Made by a program: the position numbers and the translations under genes
Notes under the pieces: generated by a model
Told to the model about the DNA's origin: nothing
What the model saw: the letters and a program-made list of their open reading frames with translations, nothing else
The model's database searches: none
Shown here: piece by piece, positions 29,301 to 40,603 of the stretch
Numbering within the stretch: the first letter of the stretch is position 1
Layout of the letters: each line of letters opens with the position of its first letter
Origin: an uncultured Mycoplasmatota bacterium
GTDB lineage: Bacteria > Bacillota_I > Bacilli_A > RF39 > UBA660
NCBI GenBank assembly: GCA_947649365.1
Contig: CANSRH010000007.1
Span: forward strand, 854-64,853
Length of the DNA stretch: 64,000 nucleotides
Reading direction: 5' to 3'

Positions 29301-29994
29301 GAAGAACATTGAGTACCATCCACTCTGGCTTGTTGTTTGACTCTTGGAACGCAACTAGACAATCCAAACGTTTTACCAAACGAATTCGTTTTTGCCCAGT
29401 AGCAGTTTCAAGTTCTACGCGAATTTCTTCTACTTCTTTATCAATATCCACTTCTTTTAATAAAGTTTGAATGGCTTCTGCACCCATTCCTACTTTAAAA
29501 GTAGAACCATATTTTTCATAATAAGCACGATATTCCTTATCAGATAAGGTTTGTTTTTTACCCAAAGGAGCATTTCCTGGGTCCAACACGACATAACTTA
29601 CAAAATAAAGAACTTCCTCCAAATCTCTCGGAGACATATCCAAAACAAGGCCCATTTTAGATGGTACACCTTTAAAAAACCAAATGTGTGAACATGGACT
29701 AGCAAGTTCAATATGTCCCATTCTCTCACGACGCACTTTTGATTTAGTAACCTCAACACCACAACGATCACACACAACATTTTTGTATCTTAATCGTTTG
29801 TATTTTCCACAACTACATTCGTAATCTTTAGAAGGTCCAAAGATTTTTTCGCAGAACAACCCATCTCTTTCTGGTTTTAACGTACGATAATTAATTGTTT
29901 CTGGTTTTTTTACCTCACCATGTGACCATCTTAAAATATCATCAGGAGAGGCGATTCCTATTTTAATTCCTTTAAAATTATTTACTTCTATCAT
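26302..29994 (-). CDS. rpoC: DNA-directed RNA polymerase subunit beta'
   Basis: At 1230 aa, it carries the NADFDGD catalytic motif and the zinc-binding N-terminus [20 protein letters not shown]. Confidence 0.97.
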   Translation of the reverse strand: MIEVNNFKGIKIGIASPDDILRWSHGEVKKPETINYRTLKPERDGLFCEKIFGPSKDYECSCGKYKRLRYKNVVCDRCGVEVTKSKVRRERMGHIELASPCSHIWFFKGVPSKMGLVLDMSPRDLEEVLYFVSYVVLDPGNAPLGKKQTLSDKEYRAYYEKYGSTFKVGMGAEAIQTLLKEVDIDKEVEEIRVELETATGQKRIRLVKRLDCLVAFQESNNKPEWMVLNVLPVIPPDLRPMIQLDGGRFATSDLNDLYRRIINRNNRLKKLLELGAPTIIVQNEKRMLQEAVDSLFDNGRRGRSVTAAGNRPLKSLASMLKGKQGRFRQNLLGKRVDYSGRSVIVVGPNLKMYQCGIPKEMALELFKPHVIHGLVERGLAHNIKGAKKLIESRDDSVWDIVEDVITEHPVMLNRAPTLHRLGIQAFEPKLVGGKAIRLHPLVCAAFNADFDGDQMAVHVPLSEEAKAEARILMLGANNILNPKDGKPIVTPSQDMVLGNCYLTKEESGEPNEGKVYKNSNEVLMAYERKEITLHTRIALPVRSFKHKIFVDEQKDKYLVTTCGKIIFNEILPDSYPFINEPTKENIEGITPSKYFLEMGTNIKEEIASRELVKPFIKKNLESIIAQVFKRYKTTETSIMLDRLKDLGFKYSTIAGITVSAADIHISETKHDVIAEGNQIVDKINKQFKRGLITEEERYNNVINTWNSQQDKIKAELQAMAQGDFNNPLFMMMNSGARGSISNFVQLAGMRGLMAKPDGSTVEIPITSNFIEGLKVSEFFLSSHGSRKGSADTALRTADSGYLTRRLVDVVQDIIVREFDCGSINGVMVYDLINDKDGSVIEPLSERILGRYAAQKIIHPETKDVILDKGEMITENIVAKIEKAGVKRVEIRSILTCKCNNGVCQKCYGRNLATGNLVETGEAVGIMAAQSIGEPGTQLTMRTFHSGGVAHGGDADITQGLPRVEELFEARNPKAKATIAEINGKVESIEEQNGKHKIVIANDVEVRDHVTNYNMKVRVNVGDVVSAGDKLTEGAVSPKELLAVTDPITAQEYILKEIQMVYKLQGVDISDKHIEIIVSRMINKVRIVDVGDTEFVEGLTVSMREFTEGNKPVILRGGVPAKGRPIMLGITKGALETDSFLSAASFQETTRVLTDAAIRGKIDHLRGLKENVIIGKLIPAGTGAKQYSDIEILLQKEFMDDDASEFFEEKLMDDTEELSTHQIMNEIEDHA

Positions 29995-32900
29995 AGGATA
30001 TCACCCCCTTCTAAATCTTCTTCATCCAAATCTTCTGGAAATTCCAAATCATCCAAATCATTACTTTCAAATTCGTCTTCTTCTACTACGTCACTATCTT
30101 CTTCTGGAAGAGGTGGTTCCAAAGACGTTTCTTCTTCCTCTTCTGTTGGATTCAAATCAATCTCATCAATACGAAGCATATCGTCTTTTTCTTCATCTTC
30201 TTCAATATCTTTTAAATCAAGTAGCTTATCTTGATGATCTAAAATTTGAATATTCAATCCCAAAGCTTGGAATTCTTTAATTAGTACTCTAAAACTTTCT
30301 GGTACACCCGCTTGATTTACAGTTTTTCCTTTTACCAAAGATTCATACACTTTTACACGTCCTACAACATCATCGGACTTAATAGTCAAGATTTCTTGTA
30401 AAACATGAGAAGCTCCGTAAGCATAAAGTGCCCAAACTTCCATTTCACCAAATCGTTGTCCACCAAATTGAGCTTTACCACCAAGAGGTTGTTGTGTAAC
30501 TAAACTATATGGTCCTGTTGCACGAGCATGTAACTTGTCATCCACCATGTGATGTAGTTTAACCATATACATAACACCAACATTGACACGGTTTTCAAAA
30601 GGTTCACCAGTACGTCCATTGATTAACTCAACTTTGCCATCCTCAGCCATACCAGCCTCACGCATTTCTTCGTGGATATCATCTAGGTTTGCTCCATCAA
30701 ATACTGGAGTTGCATACTTCACACCTAAACGTTTTCCAGCCATACCTAAATGTACTTCCAAAATTTGTCCAATGTTCATACGACTTGGCACACCAAGTGG
30801 ATTCAACATGATATCAACAGGAGTTCCATCAGGCAAATAAGGCATATCTTCTTGTGGAAGAACCAAACTGATAACACCTTTGTTTCCATGACGTCCACTC
30901 ATTTTGTCTCCCACTTGAATCTTACGTTTTTGAATAATGTACACACGAATAATTTTAAATACACCAGGTGGCATATCATCACTATTTTCTTTTGTATACA
31001 CTTTAACATCGTGAACAATACCATCTGCGCCATGTTCTACTTTTAAAGAAGTATCACGCACTTCACGTGTTTTTTCTCCAAAAATAGCATGCAATAATTT
31101 TTCTTCACTCGTTAATTCTTGTACTCCTTTTGGAGTCACTTTACCAACAAGGATATCTCCTTCTTTTACCTCTGTACCGATACGAACAATACCTTCCGCA
31201 TCTAAGTTACGACGAGCTTCTTCTCCTACATTTGGAATATCACGAGTAATTTCTTCTGGTCCAAGTTTCGTATCACGACACTCAATTTCATAACGTTCTA
31301 TATGTAGAGAAGTATATACATCGTCTTTTACTAAGTTTTCATTTAAAATAACAGCATCTTCATAGTTATAACCATTATAAGTCATGAAAGCAACCGTCAT
31401 ATTTTTACCAAGAGCAAGTTCTCCATTTTGAGTACTTGGTCCATCTGCAAGAACTTGTCCTGCATGAACTTGATCACCTTTTTTAACAAGAGGACGATGA
31501 TTCAAGCTACTTGATGCATTGGTTCTTTCAAAATTTGCTAAATAATACGTGTCTTTTCCTTTCGCAGTTTTTACAATTATTTTTAAAGCATCGGCATATT
31601 CAACCACACCATCCGCTTTAGAAACCACAGTACTTCCTGAATATTTTGCAGCTACGTGTTCTACTCCTGTACCAACGATTGGGGAATCACAAGTAAGAAG
31701 AGGAACCGCTTGACGTTGCATGTTTGCACCCATCAAAGTACGATTGGCATCGTCATAATCCAAGAAAGGAATACAACTTGTTGTAATGGCTACCAATTGA
31801 CTTGGTGCAACATCCACAAAATGCACTTGTTCTCTTTTACACATCACATTATCGCCGTTAATACGAACCAAAACTTCCTCATCCACAATACGTCCATCAT
31901 TATCAAGAGCAACTGTTGCTTGAGAAATATAATAATCCGCTTCTTCATCCGCTGTCATGTAGACAATATCATCCATTTGTACAACACCATCAATCACTCT
32001 ACGATAAGGAGTTGTAATAAATCCATATTCATTAATTCTTGCGTATCCTGCAAGACTAGTAATTAATCCAATGTTTTGACCTTCTGGAGATTCAATAGGA
32101 CATATTCTTCCATAGTGAGAAGCATTAACGTCACGTACATCCATACCAGCACGGTCACGAGAAAGTCCACCTGGACCTAGAGAACTCAAACGACGTTTAT
32201 CAGTTAATTCTGCGATAGGGTTAATTTGGTCCATGAATTTAGAAAGTTGAGAAGAACCAAAGAATTCTTTTAATACCGCTGTAACAGGGCGAATATTAAT
32301 CAAAGATTTTGGAGTAACTGCATCAATTTCTTGCGTAGTCATACGTTCACGAATAACTCTCTCCATACGAGACATACCTACTTTAAATTGATTTTGAATT
32401 AACTCTCCCACTTGACGAACACGTCTATTTCCTAAGTTATCAATTTCATCATCATTTCCAAACCCTTCATGCAAATTAAGATAATAAGAAATAGAAGCAT
32501 AAATATCTGGTATAGTAAGTCTTTTAATATCAACACTTTGATCATTACCAACAATTTTCACTGTTTTCTCTGGATTATTCTTATCCACAACCAAAATCTC
32601 TTGAATTTGGTCATAAGTATCTAATTCTTCATTAATAATTGTTTTTTTAACACCAAAACCATTTGCCAAAACAGGTTTAATTTTTTCTAAAACCTCTTTG
32701 GTAACCACTTCGCCCTTCTTAGCAACTATATCCTTGCCATCTTTAATATCTTCTGCAAGGGTTGCATTAAGAAGTCTATCTGCCACATTTAATTTTTTAT
32801 TAAATTTATAACGTCCCACTTTTGCGAGATCATAACGGAAATGATCAAAGAATCTTGTCACCAATTGGTTTTTAGCAGAATCCAAAGTAGCAGGTTCTCC

Positions 32901-33659
32901 TGGACGCAATTTTTCATAAATTTCAATAAGAGCTTCATCCGTATTCTTCGTACTATCTTTAAGTAAAGTATTTTCTAAATACGCATTTTCTCCAAATACA
33001 CTTACAATATCTTCATCATTAGAAAGACCAAGTGCTCGTAAGAAAGTGGTTACTGGTACCTTTCTAGTTCTATCAATACGAACATACATAATATCTCTTG
33101 CATCCAGTTCATACTCAAGCCAAGTTCCACGATTAGGGATAACTTCTCCACTAATAATACGACGTCCATTTTTATCAATTTCTCTTTTAAAATAAATACT
33201 AGGACTACGCACCAATTGCGAAACAATAACACGTTCTGCACCATTAATAATAAATGTTCCTGCATCAGTCATTAAAGGCATATCTCCAAGGAAAATCTCT
33301 TGTTCTTTCACCTCACCAGTTTCATGAATAAAAACTCGTGCTTGTACCTTTAAAGGTGCAGCATAGTTAACCATTCTTTCTTTCGATTCTTTTACAGAAT
33401 ATCTAGGCGTGTCAAAAGAATAGTCACCAAAATCTATGGTCACATTACCAGTAAAACTCTCTACTGGAAACAATTCCTCAAATGTCTCCTTAATACCCTC
33501 TTCTAAGAACCAATTGTATGATTTTTTTTGGATTTCCAACAAATCCGCAAGTTCCATTGTGTTTTTTGATTTTGAAAAGCTTCTTCTTTCAGAATAATCT
33601 CCGAATTTTTTTAATTTAAAAGCCACGATCTCACCCCATCTAACATTTTTTAAAAACAA
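29991..33659 (-). CDS. rpoB: DNA-directed RNA polymerase subunit beta
   Basis: At 1222 aa, it aligns with B. subtilis RpoB from the [15 protein letters not shown] region onward. It has a highly acidic C-terminal tail and a 4-nt overlap with rpoC. The true start may be an internal GTG near 33626, because the ATG at 33659 has no RBS. Confidence 0.95.
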   Translation of the reverse strand: MFLKNVRWGEIVAFKLKKFGDYSERRSFSKSKNTMELADLLEIQKKSYNWFLEEGIKETFEELFPVESFTGNVTIDFGDYSFDTPRYSVKESKERMVNYAAPLKVQARVFIHETGEVKEQEIFLGDMPLMTDAGTFIINGAERVIVSQLVRSPSIYFKREIDKNGRRIISGEVIPNRGTWLEYELDARDIMYVRIDRTRKVPVTTFLRALGLSNDEDIVSVFGENAYLENTLLKDSTKNTDEALIEIYEKLRPGEPATLDSAKNQLVTRFFDHFRYDLAKVGRYKFNKKLNVADRLLNATLAEDIKDGKDIVAKKGEVVTKEVLEKIKPVLANGFGVKKTIINEELDTYDQIQEILVVDKNNPEKTVKIVGNDQSVDIKRLTIPDIYASISYYLNLHEGFGNDDEIDNLGNRRVRQVGELIQNQFKVGMSRMERVIRERMTTQEIDAVTPKSLINIRPVTAVLKEFFGSSQLSKFMDQINPIAELTDKRRLSSLGPGGLSRDRAGMDVRDVNASHYGRICPIESPEGQNIGLITSLAGYARINEYGFITTPYRRVIDGVVQMDDIVYMTADEEADYYISQATVALDNDGRIVDEEVLVRINGDNVMCKREQVHFVDVAPSQLVAITTSCIPFLDYDDANRTLMGANMQRQAVPLLTCDSPIVGTGVEHVAAKYSGSTVVSKADGVVEYADALKIIVKTAKGKDTYYLANFERTNASSSLNHRPLVKKGDQVHAGQVLADGPSTQNGELALGKNMTVAFMTYNGYNYEDAVILNENLVKDDVYTSLHIERYEIECRDTKLGPEEITRDIPNVGEEARRNLDAEGIVRIGTEVKEGDILVGKVTPKGVQELTSEEKLLHAIFGEKTREVRDTSLKVEHGADGIVHDVKVYTKENSDDMPPGVFKIIRVYIIQKRKIQVGDKMSGRHGNKGVISLVLPQEDMPYLPDGTPVDIMLNPLGVPSRMNIGQILEVHLGMAGKRLGVKYATPVFDGANLDDIHEEMREAGMAEDGKVELINGRTGEPFENRVNVGVMYMVKLHHMVDDKLHARATGPYSLVTQQPLGGKAQFGGQRFGEMEVWALYAYGASHVLQEILTIKSDDVVGRVKVYESLVKGKTVNQAGVPESFRVLIKEFQALGLNIQILDHQDKLLDLKDIEEDEEKDDMLRIDEIDLNPTEEEEETSLEPPLPEEDSDVVEEDEFESNDLDDLEFPEDLDEEDLEGGDIL

Positions 33660-33723
33660 ACTAATTTCACAAAAAAATTAACACGTCACCAATTTATAAT
33701 TCTAAACTCTTTTAATTTTTATG

Positions 33724-34404
33724 TCAACTCCTATTTGCTCTTATAATATAAAATCCTTTTTCTTTCTTCACAACTTCTAATTTGTACATAGATTCCAGTA
33801 GTTTCATTATACTTTTCGCCCCTTGATCTTTACGTATCACAAACCACAATCGCCCTCGAGGATTCAAAAATTGTTTTGCTTCCGATAAAATCTGTAAAAC
33901 AACTTTTTTACCAGCACGTATTGGAGGATTCGTAACAACCAAATCAAACGTTCCACTTACATTTTCATAAACATCACTAACAATCGCCTCTGCATCGACA
34001 CGCAATTCTTTGCAATTTCTATTTGCCAAATGCACCGCTCGTTTATTCACATCAATTAAAGTCCCCTGACAAGAAAAAAGTTTAGAAAGAACAATTCCCA
34101 TAAATCCATAGCCACAACCAACATCCAGAACAGTACCTACATCTCGTTCTTCTTCTAAAATAGTCTCTACCAACAAACGACTTCCAAAATCAATTTTATC
34201 TTTTGAGAAAACACCATTATCACTCATAAAAACAAAAGTATCCACCCCATATTGATACTTAATCGTTCTTAGTTCACTCTTCAATGTTTCATTGTTCGTA
34301 AAATAATGTTCCAAAAAATCACCATTCAATCTAAAAGAATAATTGTATTCAAAATTATAAAATAGAAAAAAAGAAAAGTCAATGACAAGTTCACGTAATT
34401 TCAT
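33724..34404 (-). CDS. Class I SAM-dependent methyltransferase, YbxB/RsmC-like (small-domain MTase with TNPP motif)
   Basis: DVGCGYGFMGI is motif I and VVTNPPI is the N-methyltransferase motif. The region DNGVFSKDKIDFGSRLL aligns with B. subtilis YbxB, and as in Bacillus the gene sits immediately upstream of rpoB. The start is uncertain. Confidence 0.7.
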   Translation of the reverse strand: MKLRELVIDFSFFLFYNFEYNYSFRLNGDFLEHYFTNNETLKSELRTIKYQYGVDTFVFMSDNGVFSKDKIDFGSRLLVETILEEERDVGTVLDVGCGYGFMGIVLSKLFSCQGTLIDVNKRAVHLANRNCKELRVDAEAIVSDVYENVSGTFDLVVTNPPIRAGKKVVLQILSEAKQFLNPRGRLWFVIRKDQGAKSIMKLLESMYKLEVVKKEKGFYIIRANRS

Positions 34405-34429
34405 TGACTTTTCCTAAAAAATATGTATT

Positions 34430-34624
34430 CTATCTTCTACTTGTACTTGTACTACAATCTTTTTCACTTTCCAAAATAGTAAAAATTTCTTCATAAGTTA
34501 TAGTTTTATTATATTCAATGTCTTCAAAACAAGGTTGAAAAGAAGCATCAACTGTAATATGATAACCAGAATAATTCTCAACTCTATAAGTTTCATAATT
34601 AAAAAACAAATCCATAAAACTCAT
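34430..34624 (-). CDS. Hypothetical small protein
   Basis: A 64-aa ORF with no recognised family. Confidence 0.3.
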   Translation of the reverse strand: MSFMDLFFNYETYRVENYSGYHITVDASFQPCFEDIEYNKTITYEEIFTILESEKDCSTSTSRR

Positions 34625-34706
34625 ACATCATCTATTTATTCTTTAAAAAAATTCATCATTTTTTTGATTACAATTTACTTTTTATTTATAAACAAAAAAA
34701 AGAAAA

Positions 34707-35477
34707 CTAATTGTGTGAACGTATTCTTGTACTAAATATAGTTTTCTTTTCTAAATTATATTCTAATTCTTTTAAACAATCCAAAATACAAAAACCATTT
34801 CCTTTTTCTAAATTTATTTTATCATATGGAACTCCATATCCATTTATTTTTCTTTTACGATAAAAAATAGAAGCTTGAAAAATCTGTGTATCTAAAAAAG
34901 AAAGAGATAAATTTTTTCCAGCAGTTAAATGCTCATTGATATAAGGAAAGTTTTGTAAGTCCAAATTACTTGCTTCAATTTCAGAAACAAAAACCGAACG
35001 ACCATCCTTATTGTCATAAACTATACCACATAGTCTATTTCCACCGAATACCTGTAAATACATATTTTGTTGCGAAGCTTGATAAACTATTTGCTCTAAA
35101 TTTACTTTTTTGAAATCACTTTCTATTCTTAAATAGTTTTCCAAATCTTCAAAAATAATTGAAAAATTTGCTCCATTTTTATAATATAGATTTTCATTTT
35201 TCTCTTTATTCTTTACAATTTTTTTTAAATTCAAAGAAGCATAAAATGCTCTTTTATCTATATCATATCCTAATTTCATAAATTGCATCTCAGAAAAAAA
35301 CTGCAAAAGATGTGGATAATTTTCTAAATTCAAATCCTTTCTATCAATAAACTCTTGTAATTCAAATTCTTCATCTTTATAATTGTGGATAATAAATTTG
35401 GCATTATGATTTGTAACTTTTAAATAAGACTCATCAAGTACAGATTTTGTATATACTCTTTCTTCCAATTTTCCCAT
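34707..35477 (-). CDS. Hypothetical protein
   Basis: The start is the Met of MGKLEER, preceded by AAAGGAGA. No recognised family. The ORF-track start at 35579 would overlap dgt. Confidence 0.5.
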   Translation of the reverse strand: MGKLEERVYTKSVLDESYLKVTNHNAKFIIHNYKDEEFELQEFIDRKDLNLENYPHLLQFFSEMQFMKLGYDIDKRAFYASLNLKKIVKNKEKNENLYYKNGANFSIIFEDLENYLRIESDFKKVNLEQIVYQASQQNMYLQVFGGNRLCGIVYDNKDGRSVFVSEIEASNLDLQNFPYINEHLTAGKNLSLSFLDTQIFQASIFYRKRKINGYGVPYDKINLEKGNGFCILDCLKELEYNLEKKTIFSTRIRSHN

Positions 35478-35557
35478 AACTATTTCTCCTTTCAAAACAT
35501 ACTTTTCTAGTATACAGCCATTCAATGGGAATTGCAAAAGAAAAGCAACTAATTTCT

Positions 35558-36637
35558 CTAGTTGCTCTCTAAATAACACTTTTTCATATAATCATCTGTC
35601 ATCCCTGATAAAAAATCAATCACCATTCGATTTACATTTGTGTTTACTAAATAGTCTTCACACATCGTATTCAAAAACACTTGATAAATTTCCGAAGACT
35701 TATTTTTCATTTCCACATCTTTTTTATACTTCATAAACAAATGACGAAACATGCTCTCATACATTTGCAAATTTTCTTTCGTATTGGCTTTACTATAAAT
35801 CATTTTGGTATTAAACTCCTTTAATTCAAGCAAAGCTTTATAAACAGAATCACTCATTTTAATGTAAGGCTTTCCTTTGCTATTTTCAATTACATCGGAA
35901 ACAAACGTATTAATAATTTCCCGATTGGATAAACCAAGAACTTCTGTAATAGAAGTAGGAATCTCTTCTTTTTTGATTACCCCCAAAATCAAAGCATCTT
36001 CAATATCTTTTCCAATATAAGCTAAAATATCACTAATACGTACCACACAACCCTCAAGAGTCATTGGACGAAGTTGTTTTACAAAATTTTCCTGTTGATA
36101 AGACAATGCATACTCCTGTAAAAAATCTTCTTTGTTTTTGATAACAGGATGATACTCATGCAAAGGAAGTTCCCCATTGTGACACATAATGGCATCCAAA
36201 ACTTGCAAACTAATATTTCTTCCCTTTCCATTTTGTTCTAAATGCATAAGTACACGAACACTTTCAATATTATGATGAAAATATCCTTCTCCATTTTCTA
36301 GGCTAATTTTATTTAAAATACGCTCCCCTTCATGTCCAAAAGGAACATGGCCCAAATCATGTCCAAGCGCTGCTGCTTCAATAAGATCCTCATTCAAACC
36401 CAAGTTTCTTCCAATGGTTCTAGCAATCTTAGAAACCAATTGCACATGAATCATTCGTTTGGTAATATGATCATTTTCATTAAACGTAAATACCTGTGTT
36501 TTATCCGCATACCTTACATAACTTAACGAATAAATAATGCGATCAATATCTCGAAAAAAGGGAGTACGATAAGAATCTTCTTTTTCAAAACAGAACCGAA
36601 CTGCGTCTTCATTGGAACATGCATATTTACTTAACAT
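35558..36637 (-). CDS. dgt: dGTP triphosphohydrolase-like HD-domain protein
   Basis: The HD motif AALGHDLGHVPFGHEGE and the overall dGTPase-like layout are present. Length is 359 aa. Confidence 0.8.
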   Translation of the reverse strand: MLSKYACSNEDAVRFCFEKEDSYRTPFFRDIDRIIYSLSYVRYADKTQVFTFNENDHITKRMIHVQLVSKIARTIGRNLGLNEDLIEAAALGHDLGHVPFGHEGERILNKISLENGEGYFHHNIESVRVLMHLEQNGKGRNISLQVLDAIMCHNGELPLHEYHPVIKNKEDFLQEYALSYQQENFVKQLRPMTLEGCVVRISDILAYIGKDIEDALILGVIKKEEIPTSITEVLGLSNREIINTFVSDVIENSKGKPYIKMSDSVYKALLELKEFNTKMIYSKANTKENLQMYESMFRHLFMKYKKDVEMKNKSSEIYQVFLNTMCEDYLVNTNVNRMVIDFLSGMTDDYMKKCYLESN

Positions 36638-36656
36638 AAGAAATCCTCCTAATAAT

Positions 36657-38879
36657 CTACTCTTCGCTCGTTTCTTCTTTTAATTTCACTAAGACCTCTC
36701 TAGGCTTACTTCCGTTTTGTGGTCCAATAATTCCACGTTCTTCTAACAAATCAATAATACGAGCAGCTCGGTTGTAACCAAGGCGGAATCTTCTTTGGAG
36801 TAAAGAAGCACTCACCTTTCCAGTATCAATAGCAAATTTTACAACTTCATCATAAATAGGATCATCACTATCATCATTTTCTCCCCCATGACCAACAGGA
36901 CTACTTCCTTCTATATTGGCATTCGAAAACGATTCATCATAACTAGCGGCTTGTTCATTCGAAACGTGCTTAATAATTCTACCAATTTCATCATCCGAAA
37001 TATAACATCCTTGAATACGTGTTGGATACGGATCTCCCATAGGTAAATAAAGCATATCTCCTTTACCAAGCAATTTTTCAGCTCCAGGAGCATCCAAAAT
37101 GGTTCTTGAATCAATATAACTTGCAACACTAAATGCAATACGAGAAGGAATATTGGTTTTAATTACTCCAGTAATTACATCGGTAGAAGGTCTTTGGGTA
37201 GCAACAATCAAATGAATTCCAGCTGCACGAGCAAGTTGTGTAATACGCATAATGCTATCCTCTACTTCTTTTTTCGCAACAATCATCAAATCTGCCATTT
37301 CATCGACAATAACCACCCAGTAGCTCATTTTATCTGTATGTTCTCTTTCTGCCTTTTTATTATAATCGGCGATATTTTTTACTCCTGCATCTGCTAAAAC
37401 ATGATATCTTTTGTCCATTTCCGTAACAACTTTTTGTAAAGCAACCGCAGCCTTTTTAGGGTCTGTAACAACAGGAACATGCAAATGAGGAATTCCATTA
37501 TAATTGGATAACTCCACTTGTTTGGGATCCACAAGAATAAGTTTCACCTCATCAGGACGATAATGCATCAGTAACGAAATAATAATACTATTAATACAAA
37601 CCGACTTACCACTTCCTGTCGAACCTGCAACCAATAAATGGGGCATTTTCGTTAAATCGGCGTTAATGGTACGTCCTGCAATATCTTTTCCCAAAGTAAC
37701 CAATAAACCTTTTTTTATTTTTTCTGGATTAGCGTCTCCGATGACTTCCTTAATTTGAACAGAAGCCACTTCTTTATTAGGAATCTCAACCCCAATAGTA
37801 CTTTTACCAGGAATCGGTGCTTCAATACGCACGTCTTTCGCAGCTAGAGCAAGAGCAATTTCTTTATTGATACTACTCACCCGACTTAACTTCGTACCAG
37901 TTGGAACCACGACTTCGTATTGCGTAACCGCAGGACCTACATGAATTTCTACCACTTTACCAGAAATTTGAAAATCATTTAAAACACGTTCTAAGCACTC
38001 TTTATTGCTTCTTATAAACTCTGTAGAATTTACCTTTTTTCCTCTTTTCGGCTCATCAAGTAAACTAAGCGGAGGCAACTTGTAAGAATGATTTACAACA
38101 CTATTGGAAGAAGAAGAGAATTCAGGACTATCCATTGTCTTAGGTTCTGATTGATTTTCCATTTGAGGAGCATGATTTTGCTTTAACTCTTCTACACTAG
38201 TAATAATTATTTTATCATCGTCATCATCTGCTCCTGTAATAGGAACCATTTCTTGACTCTCTTCTTTAGAAACAGAAGCTTTTTGCTTTTTCTCTCTTTT
38301 ATGAAACACTTTTCCAAGCAAATTACCTAAATTCAAATTAAATGTCATAACAAGTCCAAAAAGAAACAAGATAGAAAGAACAATATATGTTCCCGTTAAA
38401 CCAAACAAAACAGAAATTCCAAAAGAAAAAGCAGCTCCTAAAATTCCTCCCCCTATCACAATCGAAGTTTGACCCGTACTTGTCAAAATATCCGCTTTAT
38501 TAATAGAAGCCATACGATCCATATAATTATTAATTGTTTCTTGAAAAATATTCGTAGGATTTTCAACACTCTTCACAAAAGTCAAATGAGAAAGAACTAG
38601 AACAATAACAATAAAAATATAAACACCAAGTAACTTAGAGGTAAAAAAATTAGGAAGTTTTCGTTTCATTAACATATGAACACCCAACACAAGAACTAAA
38701 AATAAAACACAAAACCACCATTCGCCAAGCAAAAACATAGCAAATTGTTTTATTATCGCTCCAACAGGACCAAAACCAAATCCAATGAGTCCCACTAAAA
38801 TAAGAAACAAACCAGTAAGTTCTACACTATATTGAAAACTATTTCCACTATCTTCTTTTGACTTTTTCTTCTTTGCCAT
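36657..38879 (-). CDS. ftsK: DNA translocase FtsK/SpoIIIE
   Basis: N-terminal TM segments and a linker are followed by the motor domain with Walker A GSTGSGKS and a C-terminal gamma (winged-helix) domain LLQRRFRLGYNRAARIIDLLEERGIIG. Confidence 0.9.
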   Translation of the reverse strand: MAKKKKSKEDSGNSFQYSVELTGLFLILVGLIGFGFGPVGAIIKQFAMFLLGEWWFCVLFLVLVLGVHMLMKRKLPNFFTSKLLGVYIFIVIVLVLSHLTFVKSVENPTNIFQETINNYMDRMASINKADILTSTGQTSIVIGGGILGAAFSFGISVLFGLTGTYIVLSILFLFGLVMTFNLNLGNLLGKVFHKREKKQKASVSKEESQEMVPITGADDDDDKIIITSVEELKQNHAPQMENQSEPKTMDSPEFSSSSNSVVNHSYKLPPLSLLDEPKRGKKVNSTEFIRSNKECLERVLNDFQISGKVVEIHVGPAVTQYEVVVPTGTKLSRVSSINKEIALALAAKDVRIEAPIPGKSTIGVEIPNKEVASVQIKEVIGDANPEKIKKGLLVTLGKDIAGRTINADLTKMPHLLVAGSTGSGKSVCINSIIISLLMHYRPDEVKLILVDPKQVELSNYNGIPHLHVPVVTDPKKAAVALQKVVTEMDKRYHVLADAGVKNIADYNKKAEREHTDKMSYWVVIVDEMADLMIVAKKEVEDSIMRITQLARAAGIHLIVATQRPSTDVITGVIKTNIPSRIAFSVASYIDSRTILDAPGAEKLLGKGDMLYLPMGDPYPTRIQGCYISDDEIGRIIKHVSNEQAASYDESFSNANIEGSSPVGHGGENDDSDDPIYDEVVKFAIDTGKVSASLLQRRFRLGYNRAARIIDLLEERGIIGPQNGSKPREVLVKLKEETSEE

Positions 38880-38969
38880 CTATCTTCACCATAATAAGTA
38901 TAACAACTTACGACATTTTTTGCAAAAAAAAGGCATCGATTTGACAGGAAAGAAATCAAAAAATAGTTT

Positions 38970-40049
38970 TTATTTACTATAATTCATTTTACGATTGATT
39001 TTCACTCTACTGCTTTCTTCTTTTTCTAAAGAGTGTTTCTCTATCGTTTTCTTACGAAACTTACTAGACATCAGTAGAGGATGAAACAAAAAATCCATCG
39101 AATCTGCTTTATCCACCAAGGTAAGTATCCAACTTTCTTTGTATTTAGGAATACTTTTATTCAAAGGAAACATATGTGTTTTTATCATACTTCCAATTTT
39201 TTCATTCATGAATTCTGGAAAATACTTCAAAGAATTCACTCTAGCTTGTTCTGCATGAACAAAGCCATGCTTTTGAAACAAAGGTTTCTTCTCAAAATCA
39301 GACTGCCATGGCTTATCATAAAAATCATGCAAAAGTCCTGCAATAGCTAAAGCCTTATAATCCATATGAAATTTCTTTCCTATTTTATAACAATCATAAG
39401 AAACACGTAACACATGATCATAAACACTTTCATTGTAATGATGGGGATATTCTTTTCGTTTTAAAAATTCTTCATGTTCCAAAATTGGCTTCACTAAAGC
39501 TACATACTCTTTATTTTCAAGTTGAAGCCTTTTTTTTTCTCCTTTATTCGCATGGTAAGCATGGACATATTGTATCAAACTAGCAAGTTGGAAAAGCGCA
39601 GTAAGAACAACAAACAAATTGACAGGCAACTGGATATGGATAAATAACAAATCCAAAAAACCTAATAAAATCGTCATAAAAATAAACCAAGTTTTAATTT
39701 TACCAATCAACAAAGACTCTACAATCTTGGTCCTATAAAATACATAAATATTAAAAAGAGCAATAAAACATTCTAAAACAAAAACATAAAAAAACAGACG
39801 ATTATCAACAACAAGAATAATAAGAAGTGAAAAAGCAAGACACTTATCCCCAATGGTATCTAATTTAGCACCCAGTTCACTAGTTACATTCCAACGTCTA
39901 GCCAATTTCCCATCCAAAAAATCGGTGAATGCTACAAATGCCGCCAGTAGAACAAGAGGAATCATTTGTTTTTGCACTCCTAAATAAAGAACCAAAGGAA
40001 CCACCAACAAACGAGTGATAGTCAATAGATTAGGTATCATTTTTTTCAT
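38970..40049 (-). CDS. Fusion protein: CDP-alcohol phosphatidyltransferase (PgsA-like) N-terminal domain plus C-terminal HD phosphohydrolase domain
   Basis: The canonical DG-x2-AR-x8-G-x3-D-x3-D motif is present (DGKLARRWNVTSELGAKLDTIGDK), set in about six TM helices. An HD domain follows (HVLRV...LLHDFYD...HGFVHAEQA). Confidence 0.7.
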   Translation of the reverse strand: MKKMIPNLLTITRLLVVPLVLYLGVQKQMIPLVLLAAFVAFTDFLDGKLARRWNVTSELGAKLDTIGDKCLAFSLLIILVVDNRLFFYVFVLECFIALFNIYVFYRTKIVESLLIGKIKTWFIFMTILLGFLDLLFIHIQLPVNLFVVLTALFQLASLIQYVHAYHANKGEKKRLQLENKEYVALVKPILEHEEFLKRKEYPHHYNESVYDHVLRVSYDCYKIGKKFHMDYKALAIAGLLHDFYDKPWQSDFEKKPLFQKHGFVHAEQARVNSLKYFPEFMNEKIGSMIKTHMFPLNKSIPKYKESWILTLVDKADSMDFLFHPLLMSSKFRKKTIEKHSLEKEESSRVKINRKMNYSK

Positions 40050-40127
40050 ACGCTTTACTCTCCTAACTCATTATAAACGAGCAATTCATAAAATGGCAAT
40101 AAAAAAACACATATAAATGTATTTCTA

Positions 40128-40562
40128 TTATAAATATATTTTTAAACCATCGATATTATTCTCTAAAGTTTTTAACAATTTTTGTCCTAATTCCAAAGCA
40201 TCTTGATCCTCCTCATGATAAGTATGGATAGCTTCCTCAATTTTAGTAATCCCTTTGCTCGTTCCTTCCACCATCATTTTAGCAATAACTTTATCCTCTT
40301 TATTAACAATAAGTTTCATATCAGCCATAACTTTGCTATTTACTTTTACCATCTTCCCAAGTTCTTTTTCCTTTGCTCCATAAGAAGCTAAAATCTGTTC
40401 ACTTTCCTCTAATATAGAATTGTACTCTTTTTTCTGTTCCTCTAAAAATTCTCTAAATCCAGCTTTGGAAACCTTATCAAAAACATCATCAATTCCAATA
40501 ACACCCATCTCTGCAATTTGATAAATCGTATTTAAAAATGCAATATTTTTGTTTTCTTTCAT
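40128..40562 (-). CDS. Hypothetical helical protein
   Basis: A 144-aa ORF that is predicted mostly helical. No confident family. Confidence 0.4.
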   Translation of the reverse strand: MKENKNIAFLNTIYQIAEMGVIGIDDVFDKVSKAGFREFLEEQKKEYNSILEESEQILASYGAKEKELGKMVKVNSKVMADMKLIVNKEDKVIAKMMVEGTSKGITKIEEAIHTYHEEDQDALELGQKLLKTLENNIDGLKIYL

Positions 40563-40603
40563 AAAAAATCACCCATTTTTAGTATGCGTGATTTTCTTAA
40601 ACT

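Noticed and set aside
26963-33265. Numerous 60-140-aa ORFs on both strands inside rpoC and rpoB
   Set aside because: They are embedded in two very long, unambiguous RNA polymerase genes, and no independent support exists.
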